Assembly: GCA_964007735.1 (NCBI GenBank) | Contig: CAXGAI010000019.1 | Coordinates: 1 to 64,000 of the forward strand | Origin: an uncultured Rhodopirellula sp. | GTDB lineage: Bacteria; Planctomycetota; Planctomycetia; Pirellulales; Pirellulaceae | Direction: 5' to 3' | DNA length: 64,000 nucleotides | Shown: positions 1-12,774 of the stretch, piece after piece | Numbering within the stretch: the first letter of the stretch is position 1 | Layout: every line of letters starts with the position of its first letter | Translations under genes and position numbers: made by a program | The notes under the pieces: generated by a model | Database searches by the model: none | What the model saw: only the letters and a program-made list of their open reading frames with translations | Told to the model about the DNA's origin: nothing

Positions 1-1
1 G

Positions 2-2440
2 GCCGAACTGCAGGAACAGCTTAATACAACCACAAGCTTGCTTGATCCGGACTTATCCTCGGAAGAATATACTGAGATTGCTAATGCTCTTGAAGAAGTA
101 CGAGAGACGCTGGAAACGGCAGACGAGTTGAACAATGATGCAGAGCAGGCTTTGGAGGAAGATCAACTCGCCGAAGCAGCGGACACAGAAAAACAAGCCG
201 GTGAAGCGGCACAAGAAGCAGCCACGAAGGCTGATGATGCCAGTTTGCCTGAGCCCATCGCGGAAGCCATTGAAGACGCGAAAGATTCCGCCGTTGAGGC
301 AGCAGAAGCGACCGCTGCCGCTAATGACACTAAAGACAATGAAGCCACGGCCGAAGAGTCTCAAGATTCTGCTGAGGAAGCTGTGGTCAACGCGAGTGAA
401 GACATTAAAGAAGCAATTGGACGAACAAAAGAAGCCGAAGAAGAAGCTCGTAAGAATGCCCTTGCGGCAAAACTTGGCGAATTGAACCGTGCCGTTGATA
501 CGCTTGAGCGTGCTGCTGCCGAAGCCAGAGAAAATGCCACGCTCCTCTCCGACGATAAAGCACCTAACGAACAAGCCAGTGAAGCCATTAAAGATGACTT
601 CAATACTACCGCTGAGCTCGCAAAAGAAATCGCCAAGGGTGTCGAGAATCTCTCGCCGGAAGCTACGGAACAACTAAATAATGCTGCTGAAAAATCTGAA
701 CAAGTGGCTAATGCTGTCGCAGAATCGTTACCCGAAGACGCGACAGGCGATAATAATGAATCCAGTGACGGTGAGACGCAAGAAGACACTCCGGAAGAAA
801 GTAAACCGGCAAGCCCCAATGAAAATGTGCCTAGCGAAGACGACAACCCTAATCCTTCTAAGCCTTCCGGGAACGAGCCAATGCAAGCGGGGGATGACAA
901 CGTAGGATCACCCGAAGGCAGTGAGCCACAGGAAGGTAGCCCCGAAAGCCCAGAAGAGCTGCAAGCTCGTCAGGAAAATGCTGAAGAGGCCAAAATGGTG
1001 GCGGAAGAGCTCGAGGCCGCTGCAAATCAAATTCGTGAGGAGGTTAGCAAGACGGCTGAACAGCTTATCGATGAACTCAAAAACCAGTTGGCGGATGTTA
1101 ATGATGTCCAGGAAAGCCTAAACTCTTTGGCGAACTCTGAAAGTCCTACTGCTGAGCAAATCTCGGACGTTGCTGAAGAAACACTTCAGTCGATACCTGA
1201 CGCAGGAAATGCCTTGCAACAAGCTGCTGAAGCTGCGGCTCAGCAAGAAACGGGTAAAACACCACAAAACGCAATGCCCGAGGAGCAAACAGCTGAAGCT
1301 GAAACACCAAAGGAAGCGAACCCTGCTTCCCCTGAGCCACAAGACAGCGACGCCGATAGCTCCAAGGCCGAAGAGGACGCAACGGAAAAGGATCCCGCTA
1401 TCAATCAAGAACGCCAACTACTCCAGGCTGAAGTTCTGGCTGACATCAAAGAAGAAAAAATTCAGCAGGAGTTACAAATGGCCAACTTCTTGGCTCAACT
1501 TGCCGAACAAGGCAAAGAATCTGCTATGGAATTGTCTGAAATGCGTGAAAAACTAGATTCTGACGATCCCCACAAACCAAATGCTAATGAACTATTCAAC
1601 GCCGTGATGGAGCAAGCCGAGGCCCTGGCTGGCATCGGACAGCTTGCTGCTGAAATTGCCGATCAAGAAACGATTGCCAATGAGCCAATTGTTGAAGCCT
1701 CGGCCTTAGCAGAAGAGCTTACTCAAAATAATCCGCCACCGGAAACCCCCCAGCTTGCCAGTGCGGAAACTACTCCTGGCGAGGAACCTGCTCAAAGTGG
1801 AGAACCCATGGCGGGTGGAGAGCCTATGCCAGGTGGTGAGCCTATGGCGGGTGGTGAGCCTATGCCAGGGGAACCGCAACCCATTGCAGAATCAACGCCA
1901 CCAAATGATAGTTTTATTCCCGAAGACGCTTTAGAAACGGCCGAGCTAATGTCCGGCCAGGATCTTGGTGAAGAACTGGCCCAATCCGAATTACCTATGC
2001 CAGGCGGTGAGCCTGCACCGGGTGGAGAACCCATGCCAGGTGGTGAGCCTATGCCGGGTGGTGAGCCCATGCCGGGTGGAGAACCCATGCCGGGTGGAAA
2101 GCCCATGCCGGGTGGTGAGCCCATGCAGACCAACCAACCTCAATTGGGAGCCGCTACGGCCGAAGGTGGTGCTGCCAGCCAAGGGAAATTAGGGCCGTCG
2201 GAAAACGAAGCTCCGAAAGATGGGCCTGTAGAGGTCGTTGAGGCTCAAACCGATAACGACTCTCGAGTACCGGGCGGTCGAGACGGCGACACAGACGCTG
2301 CTCCAATCGGCGCTCCTAAATCACCCTGGGTCACATCGCTACCAAAGTCTGTTCAGCAGGCCATTAAATCCAGAACAAAACGTACTTTGCCCGCCGGATA
2401 TGAAGAACGGCTTAAAAAGTACTTTAATAGTATTAAATAA
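2..2440 (+). CDS. Large acidic, low-complexity/coiled-coil protein (5'-partial), DUF4175-like C-terminus, in a MoxR/DUF58 operon
   Basis: Frame is open from base 2, so the gene starts before the window. E/A/Q-rich, with GGEPMP repeats and C-terminal PWVTSLP...LPAGYEERLKKYF. Co-oriented with moxR. Confidence 0.75.
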   Translation, partial: AELQEQLNTTTSLLDPDLSSEEYTEIANALEEVRETLETADELNNDAEQALEEDQLAEAADTEKQAGEAAQEAATKADDASLPEPIAEAIEDAKDSAVEAAEATAAANDTKDNEATAEESQDSAEEAVVNASEDIKEAIGRTKEAEEEARKNALAAKLGELNRAVDTLERAAAEARENATLLSDDKAPNEQASEAIKDDFNTTAELAKEIAKGVENLSPEATEQLNNAAEKSEQVANAVAESLPEDATGDNNESSDGETQEDTPEESKPASPNENVPSEDDNPNPSKPSGNEPMQAGDDNVGSPEGSEPQEGSPESPEELQARQENAEEAKMVAEELEAAANQIREEVSKTAEQLIDELKNQLADVNDVQESLNSLANSESPTAEQISDVAEETLQSIPDAGNALQQAAEAAAQQETGKTPQNAMPEEQTAEAETPKEANPASPEPQDSDADSSKAEEDATEKDPAINQERQLLQAEVLADIKEEKIQQELQMANFLAQLAEQGKESAMELSEMREKLDSDDPHKPNANELFNAVMEQAEALAGIGQLAAEIADQETIANEPIVEASALAEELTQNNPPPETPQLASAETTPGEEPAQSGEPMAGGEPMPGGEPMAGGEPMPGEPQPIAESTPPNDSFIPEDALETAELMSGQDLGEELAQSELPMPGGEPAPGGEPMPGGEPMPGGEPMPGGEPMPGGKPMPGGEPMQTNQPQLGAATAEGGAASQGKLGPSENEAPKDGPVEVVEAQTDNDSRVPGGRDGDTDAAPIGAPKSPWVTSLPKSVQQAIKSRTKRTLPAGYEERLKKYFNSIK
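1799..1876 (+). repeat. 18-bp coding tandem repeat, array 1 (about 4 x GGEPM[A/P])
   Basis: Units of ggtggtgagcctatgccg type with synonymous variation. Confidence 0.9.
1994..2125 (+). repeat. 18-bp coding tandem repeat, array 2 (about 7 x GGEPMP)
   Basis: GGEPAP-GGEPMP x4-GGKPMP-GGEPM in the translation. Confidence 0.9.
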
Positions 2441-2480
2441 ACAAAACGTAAATCGAACCACTTAAACTTGGAAACCGAAG

Positions 2481-3521
2481 ATGTCGGAAGAAAATAAAAC
2501 AACTAATGACGGTGACGTCAAAGCTGTTGAGTCCTGGGCCAATAAATGCCAGGACTTAAGAACCGAATTGCAAAAATCGATTATTGGCCAGGAAGATGTT
2601 ATCGAACAAGTACTCATCGCCATTCTTGCTCGAGGACATGCTCTTTTAGAAGGGGTGCCCGGGCTGGCCAAGACCCTTATGATCTCGTCGATCGCTGAGG
2701 CATTGACTCTTTCATTTCACCGAATTCAATTTACGCCAGACTTAATGCCTTCGGACATAACGGGTACTGACGTGCTAAGAGAAGACCCTGTAACCAAAGA
2801 GCGTGAATACTCGTTTGTGCAGGGTCCTATTTTTGCCAATATGATTTTGGCTGATGAAATTAATCGTACACCACCAAAAACACAAGCCGCGATGCTCGAG
2901 GCCATGCAGGAACGAATTATCTCTGCCGGGGGAAAAACTCACAAACTGCCAGCACCGTTTTTCGTTCTTGCAACTCAAAATCCGTTGGAACAGGAGGGTA
3001 CCTATCCACTTCCTGAAGCTCAACTCGACCGCTTCCTCCTCTATATCAAGGTTGGTTATCCGACTGCGGCTGAAGAATGGGATATTGCTCGCAAAGTATC
3101 GGCGGGCGCTCTTGGAGGAATTGAGTCTATCATTTCTGCTGAGGAAATTATGGAGGCTCAGGGACTTACTCGCCGAATGCCGGTATGCGATCAGGTATTG
3201 GGGTATGCCCATGCCCTGGTACGTGCCACACGACCAGGCATGCAAGAAGCTCCTGACTTCGTCAATGAGTCGGTGGGGTGGGGCGCTGGACCTCGGGGTG
3301 TTCTTTCACTTATCTCCTGTGCCAAAGCCCGGGCATTGCTGAAAGGACGATATCACACTAGTGTCGAAGATGTACAAGCCATTGTGCTACCTGCCCTGCG
3401 TCATAGAATTGCTCCGAATTATGCTGGTATGGCGGCTGGTCTGGATAGTGAAAAACTATTGGAAATGCTTTTGGAAGCTGTTCCTGCTGATCAGACCTTT
3501 AGTGAACCGGCAACTGTTTAA
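2481..3521 (+). CDS. moxR: MoxR-family AAA+ ATPase
   Basis: Walker A GVPGLAKT, RIQFTPDLMPSD, Walker B ILADEINR, ATQNPLEQEGTYPLPEAQLDRF. Confidence 0.95.
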   Translation: MSEENKTTNDGDVKAVESWANKCQDLRTELQKSIIGQEDVIEQVLIAILARGHALLEGVPGLAKTLMISSIAEALTLSFHRIQFTPDLMPSDITGTDVLREDPVTKEREYSFVQGPIFANMILADEINRTPPKTQAAMLEAMQERIISAGGKTHKLPAPFFVLATQNPLEQEGTYPLPEAQLDRFLLYIKVGYPTAAEEWDIARKVSAGALGGIESIISAEEIMEAQGLTRRMPVCDQVLGYAHALVRATRPGMQEAPDFVNESVGWGAGPRGVLSLISCAKARALLKGRYHTSVEDVQAIVLPALRHRIAPNYAGMAAGLDSEKLLEMLLEAVPADQTFSEPATV

Positions 3522-3539
3522 TAGACTGACGATTCTGAT

Positions 3540-4445
3540 ATGTCCTCTGCAATTCTCAACAAGTACATTCGCCCGGAAGTATTAAGCCAACTTACGCGCT
3601 TCAAGCTGGACCCCCGCCAACTCGTGGAAGGAAACCTTGCGGGTGCTCATAAGAGTCCTTTCCACGGTTTTGCTGTAGAGTTTGCAAGTCATCGCGAATA
3701 TGTGGCTGGTGATGACCTGCGCCACCTTGACTGGAAAGTCTATTTTCGTCACGAACGTCATGTCATCAAGCAATATGAAATGGAAACAAACCTTAATTGC
3801 CATCTCATATTGGATGTATCAGCGTCGATGAGATACGGAGAAGACGACGAGCAAAAACTGCTCTATAGTTCTCAAATAGCCACCACGCTGGCCTATCTCG
3901 TCGTGGAACAATCTGATCGAGTATCGCTAACAACGTTTGACAACAAAACCCGGGGCTACCTTCCTCCGTCCAACAATATGGGCCAGATTATTCGAATGAC
4001 GGAGTCTCTGGATCAGGTAAAGTCCGTTAACAAAACAAATATTGCGCGAACACTTGGTGAAGTATCTGCCAAAATTGGACGACGAAGTATCGTCGTTGTC
4101 ATCTCCGATTTTTTCGTCGAGATTGATGATTTGGAAGATGCTTTACAACGACTTCGCTATGACAATCATGAAGTCGTCCTTATGCATGTCATGCATAAAG
4201 ACGAACTCCAATTTGACATGGACGGCATGATTCGATTCATCGGTCTGGAAGACCCCGATCAACTCTTAACTCGCCCGCATGACATCCGTGATGCATATTT
4301 GGAGGCGGTGGAAAAGTTTATGGTTGATTTTCAAACACTCTGTGATGCTAACCGCTGTGAATATGTTCTCTGTGACACAAGTAGAGATCTTGGGGCAACT
4401 TTCGCTCAATATCTGCAACAACGTTCACAGGCTGGTAGATTGTAA
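3540..4445 (+). CDS. DUF58 domain (vWA-associated) protein
   Basis: G.H.S...GFAVEFASHREYVAGDDLRHLDWK and DVSASM motifs; follows moxR. Confidence 0.92.
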   Translation: MSSAILNKYIRPEVLSQLTRFKLDPRQLVEGNLAGAHKSPFHGFAVEFASHREYVAGDDLRHLDWKVYFRHERHVIKQYEMETNLNCHLILDVSASMRYGEDDEQKLLYSSQIATTLAYLVVEQSDRVSLTTFDNKTRGYLPPSNNMGQIIRMTESLDQVKSVNKTNIARTLGEVSAKIGRRSIVVVISDFFVEIDDLEDALQRLRYDNHEVVLMHVMHKDELQFDMDGMIRFIGLEDPDQLLTRPHDIRDAYLEAVEKFMVDFQTLCDANRCEYVLCDTSRDLGATFAQYLQQRSQAGRL

Positions 4446-4509
4446 TTATTCGAATCTCAAATTCGCTTAGTTCAATTTTTCATTTATCAACCCCATCCTC
4501 AGGTACTAT

Positions 4510-5937
4510 ATGCGTTTTTTTGTTCTTCTCTCACTTCTTTTCCACCCCTTGGTTACTTTCGCTGCCAAACAACCTAATGTCATCCTCGTGATGGCGGATG
4601 ATATGGGATATGGTCAAACCGGCTATTACAATCATCCGGTACTCCAGACGCCAAATTTGGATGCGATGGCGGCCAATGGTATACGTTTTGATCGATTTTA
4701 TGCTGGTGCCCCTAATTGTTCACCAACGAGAGCAACTGTACTTACAGGTCGGACTAACGATCGCACAGGTGTTCACAATCATGGTTATGCAATCAATAAA
4801 CAGGAAAAAACTATCGCCCAGGCGTTCCAAAAAGCTGGTTATTCAACGGCTCATTTCGGCAAGTGGCATCTAAACGGACTGCGAGGCCCTGGTGCACCTA
4901 TATTCAAAGAAGATGCTCACCACCCTGGACATCTCGGGTTTGATTACTGGCTGAGTGTAACTAACTTCTTTGATATGAATCCTATACTCAGCCGAAACGG
5001 TGTATGGGAAGAACATGGTGGTGATTCTTCGGAAGTCGTCGTTAATGAAGCTCTCGACTATATCCGGGGTGAAAATGAAAAGGGAAAACCAGTCTTTGTT
5101 GTTATCTGGTACGGCACTCCACACAGTCCTTTCATGGCCTACGAATCCGATGCCAAGCGATTTGATAACCTTAATCCCGCCTCTCGTGATCACTACGCCG
5201 AGCTTGTCGCTATGGATCGGTCTATTGGTAACTTAAGAAAAGAACTTCGTGACTTCGGGATGGCTGACAACACCATCCTCTGGTTCAACAGTGACAATGG
5301 TGGGCTGGGCAACATTAAACCCGGGACCGTGGGTGGGCTCCGAGGGTTTAAAAATTCCGTTTATGAAGGTGGACTGCGGGTCCCTGCTATTGTTGAATGG
5401 CCTGCTCATATTAAACCGCAGATTTCTACTTATCCGGCTTGTACGATGGACATTTTTCCTACGCTAATCGATTTTGCCGGACTTTCCAAAAAACAGATTA
5501 ACAAAGTTGCTGATGGTACCTCACTATCCAAGGTCATTAACTCTGATCTTTCCGCCCGCCCCACACCAATTGGCTTTCGGCATACGGGACGCGCTGCCTG
5601 GATTGATAACAACTACAAACTAATAACACTGAAGGTCGGTAGCGGTGAATATGAACTCTACGATTTAAAGACTGATCCTACAGAACAACACAATCTTCTT
5701 ACTGATAGACCAGACGTGGCGAAGCAAATGATTAAGGCTTTTGAGACCTGGAATACCTCTGTCGAAAGGAGTCGCCTCGGTGCCGACTATTCCTCGGGCA
5801 AAGTAGATCCTTTCCCGCGCCCACAACAGACCGACCTAATGACACTTCCCGAATATCAAAAACACTTTGACGAATGGATTAAGCGTCCGGAATTCAAACC
5901 GTACATTGAGCGTCAACTTAAAAAACAACAAAAATAA
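4510..5937 (+). CDS. Exported formylglycine-dependent sulfatase
   Basis: Signal peptide, PNVILVMADDMG, CSPTRATVLTG, GKWHL, SDNG, YEGGLRVP. Confidence 0.93.
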   Translation: MRFFVLLSLLFHPLVTFAAKQPNVILVMADDMGYGQTGYYNHPVLQTPNLDAMAANGIRFDRFYAGAPNCSPTRATVLTGRTNDRTGVHNHGYAINKQEKTIAQAFQKAGYSTAHFGKWHLNGLRGPGAPIFKEDAHHPGHLGFDYWLSVTNFFDMNPILSRNGVWEEHGGDSSEVVVNEALDYIRGENEKGKPVFVVIWYGTPHSPFMAYESDAKRFDNLNPASRDHYAELVAMDRSIGNLRKELRDFGMADNTILWFNSDNGGLGNIKPGTVGGLRGFKNSVYEGGLRVPAIVEWPAHIKPQISTYPACTMDIFPTLIDFAGLSKKQINKVADGTSLSKVINSDLSARPTPIGFRHTGRAAWIDNNYKLITLKVGSGEYELYDLKTDPTEQHNLLTDRPDVAKQMIKAFETWNTSVERSRLGADYSSGKVDPFPRPQQTDLMTLPEYQKHFDEWIKRPEFKPYIERQLKKQQK

Positions 5938-5989
5938 CATTCTGGTACTTCAAAACCTTCTTATCCTTCAGTTTTTTGTACCATCCCTT

Positions 5990-8877
<2,888 letters not shown>

Positions 8878-8883
8878 TGATTC

Positions 8884-9999
8884 CTACCTGTCTCGCGCCA
8901 AAGGCATGATTACGTAGGAATAGCCATCATCGGTGGACAGCAGGACTGCCGCCTGACTGCCTTCCAGATCAAACGTGAAACTTGCTTCCGAATCCAACAC
9001 TCTAAGGAAATGTTCGACATAGCGATGGTCCAGACTTACGCCTACCTCTTTGCCAGCATAGGCAATTGGCATCTCCGTATGACTTTGCCCTCTCTCAGCC
9101 GCTGTGGCGTCCATAGCGAGCGTTCCATCGCTAAAGGTAAACGTGATACCACGACTCTCATCGTTGGCCACAATCGAAGCCTGACGCAAACGCCCATAAA
9201 CCGTGCCGGCGGTGAGTTCTATTTTCGAACCATCTGTTCGGGAAGGGAACACGTCTTTCCACTTCGGAAAACGGCCTTCTACCAAGCGAGAGGTCAGCGT
9301 TACCGCCTCCGTCTTAAACGCCAATTGATTATCTTTTGGAATAATCTGAACCACGCTATCCGGATCACCCAAAGCTCTGGCAATGAGATTCATGGATCGG
9401 GTAGGCACAATGGTGCTCGATTCCCCCAGACGCACGTCGCCCGAAATTTCAACGGGCCCCTGCATTTTGGCCAGTCGCCGACCATCAGTTCCAACTGCAA
9501 TGAGATTATTCCCCTCCGTTTCAAGAAGTACACCCCCTAAGGCATAACGACTGCTTTCATTGTCAGTGGCAAAAATAGTACGTTTCACTAACTCCCCAAA
9601 CAAACCCGCGGCAATCTGAATGCTGGCATCTCCCTCTACACTCTGAACATCAGGAAACTCGTCAGCGTTCTGTGAAGGCAGGCTGTAATTACTTGACCCG
9701 CCAGTCACCTTAATCTCTGCCCCATCCACAACAACGGTTAGTTGATCGTCACTGCTTTCTCGCAGAATATTTCCAAAAAGATCGACCGGCAAGACAATGT
9801 TGCCGGGAACTTCTATCGAAACGCCTTCCACGGAAACCCTAATTCCCACTTCGGTATCCGTAGCCATTAGGATTGCATCGTTTTCCGTGCCGATCATTTT
9901 GACACACTGCAAAATAGGCTTTGGGCTGCGGGAGGGGGCTACCGATGCAGCAGGCTGAAATGCAGCTAACATCTTTTCACGGTCAAAGGTGAATTTCAT
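8884..9999 (-). CDS. dnaN: DNA polymerase III beta sliding clamp
   Basis: PKPIL, ATDTEVGI, SRYALGGVL, GTDGRRLA, LVEGRFP, C-terminal YVIMP. Confidence 0.97.
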   Translation of the reverse strand: MKFTFDREKMLAAFQPAASVAPSRSPKPILQCVKMIGTENDAILMATDTEVGIRVSVEGVSIEVPGNIVLPVDLFGNILRESSDDQLTVVVDGAEIKVTGGSSNYSLPSQNADEFPDVQSVEGDASIQIAAGLFGELVKRTIFATDNESSRYALGGVLLETEGNNLIAVGTDGRRLAKMQGPVEISGDVRLGESSTIVPTRSMNLIARALGDPDSVVQIIPKDNQLAFKTEAVTLTSRLVEGRFPKWKDVFPSRTDGSKIELTAGTVYGRLRQASIVANDESRGITFTFSDGTLAMDATAAERGQSHTEMPIAYAGKEVGVSLDHRYVEHFLRVLDSEASFTFDLEGSQAAVLLSTDDGYSYVIMPLARDR

Positions 10000-10319
10000 A
10001 TCTGATCCTTCGTTCAGAGTAACGACGTATATCTATATATTATTTTTTTAAATACAGTCGTATTAAAAATGAGGTTGTTATAGCTGTCTATAAAACGGAA
10101 AAAAGGCGAAAAAACGCTGTTTATAAAGTTTTAAAAGTTGTTTGTTGGATGTGTAAAACGCGTCCAACGAATGTAAATTCAACGTCAACAAGAGTCATCT
10201 CAACGGCGATTACGTCGACAGGAGTTCAGACGACCATAGGTCATCCCAAACACCCGACGTCGATCGACGTTAAATAGACAGGTTTTCAACAAGGCTTCAT
10301 GTTGAATATTGATGTTCAG
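10000..10319. other. Candidate chromosomal replication origin (dnaA-dnaN spacer)
   Basis: 320-bp non-coding gap with an AT-rich tract at 10028-10070 beside dnaN. Degenerate DnaA-box-like 9-mers at 10085, 10118 and 10283 each have 2 mismatches to TTATCCACA. Confidence 0.55.
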
Positions 10320-11441
10320 TTAAATTTCTGTTTTTAAGTTGTATTTGCGATTCAATGTACTCTTAATCTCAGCGACAGCCAGGCTAATCGATGTATCTGT
10401 TTTGAGCAGGGACTCTGTTTTCTTATATGCGTGTATGGCCGTGCTGTGGTCGCGTTTTCCAAAGTAATGTCCAATGTCACTAAAACTATTGGCCGTATGT
10501 TGACGGCACAGGTAAATGGCAATTCCGCGAGCACGGACAACATACCGTCTGCGAGACGAACTCCTTATGTCGCTGAGACGAATGTTTAGGTGCTTACTAA
10601 CGGCAGCAGCAATGTTTTTGATCGCCGGGCGAGCGACATCTTTTTGTCGGTCAAGCAAATTTTGGATATCAGACGCCGAAATATCCAGCGAGGTTAATTC
10701 GGCCTCACTCCGTAAGCGTATCAGTGCCTGACGAATTTTTGGCACGGTGTCTATATGGTCACCAATAGGGCTTACGAGAGATTCTCGGACGGGAGAGCCT
10801 AGCTCTACACCATGCTGGTCGGCGAGCTGATCAATGATTACCTCGCGAGCAGAACCAGCGGGAGGTTTAAGCTCGATTTGTAATCCACCCATTAGTCGGC
10901 TGCACAGGCGTTCATCAATTCCCGACAAACGAGTGGGCAGTTCGGGAAGACAAACAACGATCATACGGTCATTCGCCTGATAAAAATCAATGATGTTGCA
11001 CACCATCTGCTGAGCAGAAGCGCGGGTTTTCAAAACCTGCAGGTCATCGATAACCAGAAGGCTGACACCAAGAAACTTTTTATGGAAGTCGTTAACTGAG
11101 TGGGTATAGACGGCCCGAGCGTGCATCCTGGCGAAGTCAGCACCGGTTGTATGCAAGGTTCGTTGCTCCGGGTATCGCTGGAACCATTGGGCTATTAGTG
11201 TATGGCTCAGTACGGTCTTACCGGTGCCCGAGGCACCATAGAAAACAAGAGGACTGGCAATGGCCTGCTGGGCTAGCACACATTCGAGTGCTTGACGCAC
11301 AGGTGTGTTTTCGCTGCCAAAAATGAATTGCTGCAAAGAATTCTCAGCAAGGCCGTTGGCACTATTTCCAAACAATTCCATCTGCTCAGTGGCAGTGGGA
11401 TCAAGACGCTTGATCGGAATGGCGAAGATGCCGTTGGACAC
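10320..11441 (-). CDS. dnaA: DnaA-family replication initiator, short form lacking domain I
   Basis: Walker A GASGTGKT, Walker B LLVIDDLQ, ERLCSRLMGG, domain IV IGHYFGKRDHSTAIHA; adjacent to dnaN. Confidence 0.9.
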   Translation of the reverse strand: MSNGIFAIPIKRLDPTATEQMELFGNSANGLAENSLQQFIFGSENTPVRQALECVLAQQAIASPLVFYGASGTGKTVLSHTLIAQWFQRYPEQRTLHTTGADFARMHARAVYTHSVNDFHKKFLGVSLLVIDDLQVLKTRASAQQMVCNIIDFYQANDRMIVVCLPELPTRLSGIDERLCSRLMGGLQIELKPPAGSAREVIIDQLADQHGVELGSPVRESLVSPIGDHIDTVPKIRQALIRLRSEAELTSLDISASDIQNLLDRQKDVARPAIKNIAAAVSKHLNIRLSDIRSSSRRRYVVRARGIAIYLCRQHTANSFSDIGHYFGKRDHSTAIHAYKKTESLLKTDTSISLAVAEIKSTLNRKYNLKTEI

Positions 11442-11628
11442 GAATGGTTCCGTTTACGAAAAAATAGGTTTTTGCCCTAAAAACAGGCTTTTATAGCCTT
11501 TCCAGAGCGTAGAAAAGAGGAGCAAAAACCGCTCTAGAAACGGCGTTTAACTGCAAACACATTATAAGGTTTTTTGGTAGAGAATACGAGCAGTCGCCAC
11601 GAGTTAATTCTGCTAAAAAGAAGAGGGT

Positions 11629-12774
11629 TTATAGTACCGAGACGACGGCACAAATCTGCTTAATAGCGTTCTCCACCTCAGCGTCGGAATTAAAGATTCC
11701 AAGGCTAAACCGGAGGGCTCCCTCGATAGTTTGTTCATCAAGCCCCATCGCCACCAAAGTGGGAGAAGGCTCACTAGAGCCGGAGGCACAAGCGGAGCCT
11801 GTGCTACAGCAAATGCCGGCAATATCTAGAGCCATTAAAACGGCCTGTCGATCACGGCCTTGAAATGCAATATTAGAGGTGTGTGGCATCCGAGGGCCAT
11901 CGTCACCAATAACTATCGCACAATCAAGCTGCTCCAACACACCAGATTCCAGCTTTGTGCGCATGCTTAGAAGTTGTTTGCGGTGCTCATCTTTTTTTTC
12001 CAGATAGACTTCAACCGCTTTAGCAAAACCCACAGCAAGAGCGACAGATTCCGTGCCCGGTCGTATTGCAGCCTGTTGAAAACCACCATGGAGGATGGGC
12101 CGGGGTACAGCACCATGTTTTGTGATTAAAGCGCCTACACCTCTTGGTCCATGGACTTTGTGCGCAGAGATAGCCATCGAAGTAGCGCCTAGATTTTGGA
12201 AATGGACATCGGTTTTTCCAATAGCCTGGACCGCATCAACATGGACGGGGACGCCCATCGGTTCGCAAATCTCAATAACAGCTTCTAAGGGCTGAAGCAC
12301 CCCAGTTTCGTTATTTGCCAACATGGCGGCAACTAAGAATGTGTCTTTATTAACAAGTGTTTTTAAGTGGTCGCAATCAACTTGGCCATTAGAAAGAGTG
12401 TTGACGGTTTGTACGTCGACACCTAACGATGTCAGCCAGGCCGCTGTTGTTGAAATGCTGGGGTGTTCAATACCGGAAATCACCAGCCGTCGCTTCTGCT
12501 CGGCGTCTTGTTGATACCCCTGAAGAGCCAGGTTATTGGCCTCGGTGCCACCACTAGTGAAGAAAAGGTTGTCGGCATGAACGTCAGCCTGATGGAGGCC
12601 GAGTAGTGCTCCAAGCTGCTCCCGGGCAGCCTCTAGTGTTCTACGAGCTTCGCGACCCAGCAGGTGCTGGCTTTCCGGGTTGACAAAGCCATGCTGAAAA
12701 CATTCGAACATTGCCTGCGCAACCTCTGGGTGAATGGCGGTCGTGGCATTGTTATCAAGGTAAACGGAGCTCAT
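11629..12774 (-). CDS. iscS: Cysteine desulfurase (IscS/NifS family)
   Basis: VYLDNNATT, FTSGGTEANN, HVDAVQ, SAHKVHGPRG, STGSACASG. Start moved to the ATG at 12774. Confidence 0.92.
   Translation of the reverse strand: MSSVYLDNNATTAIHPEVAQAMFECFQHGFVNPESQHLLGREARRTLEAAREQLGALLGLHQADVHADNLFFTSGGTEANNLALQGYQQDAEQKRRLVISGIEHPSISTTAAWLTSLGVDVQTVNTLSNGQVDCDHLKTLVNKDTFLVAAMLANNETGVLQPLEAVIEICEPMGVPVHVDAVQAIGKTDVHFQNLGATSMAISAHKVHGPRGVGALITKHGAVPRPILHGGFQQAAIRPGTESVALAVGFAKAVEVYLEKKDEHRKQLLSMRTKLESGVLEQLDCAIVIGDDGPRMPHTSNIAFQGRDRQAVLMALDIAGICCSTGSACASGSSEPSPTLVAMGLDEQTIEGALRFSLGIFNSDAEVENAIKQICAVVSVL

Noticed and set aside
53..1556. Long antisense/alternative-frame ORFs over the first gene
   Set aside because: Expected shadows of a low-complexity acidic CDS; no motifs.
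1792..2192. Repeat arrays as a CRISPR, and repetitive alternative-frame ORFs
   Set aside because: Units are contiguous 18-mers with no unique spacers or cas genes. The other ORFs are shadows of the coding repeat.
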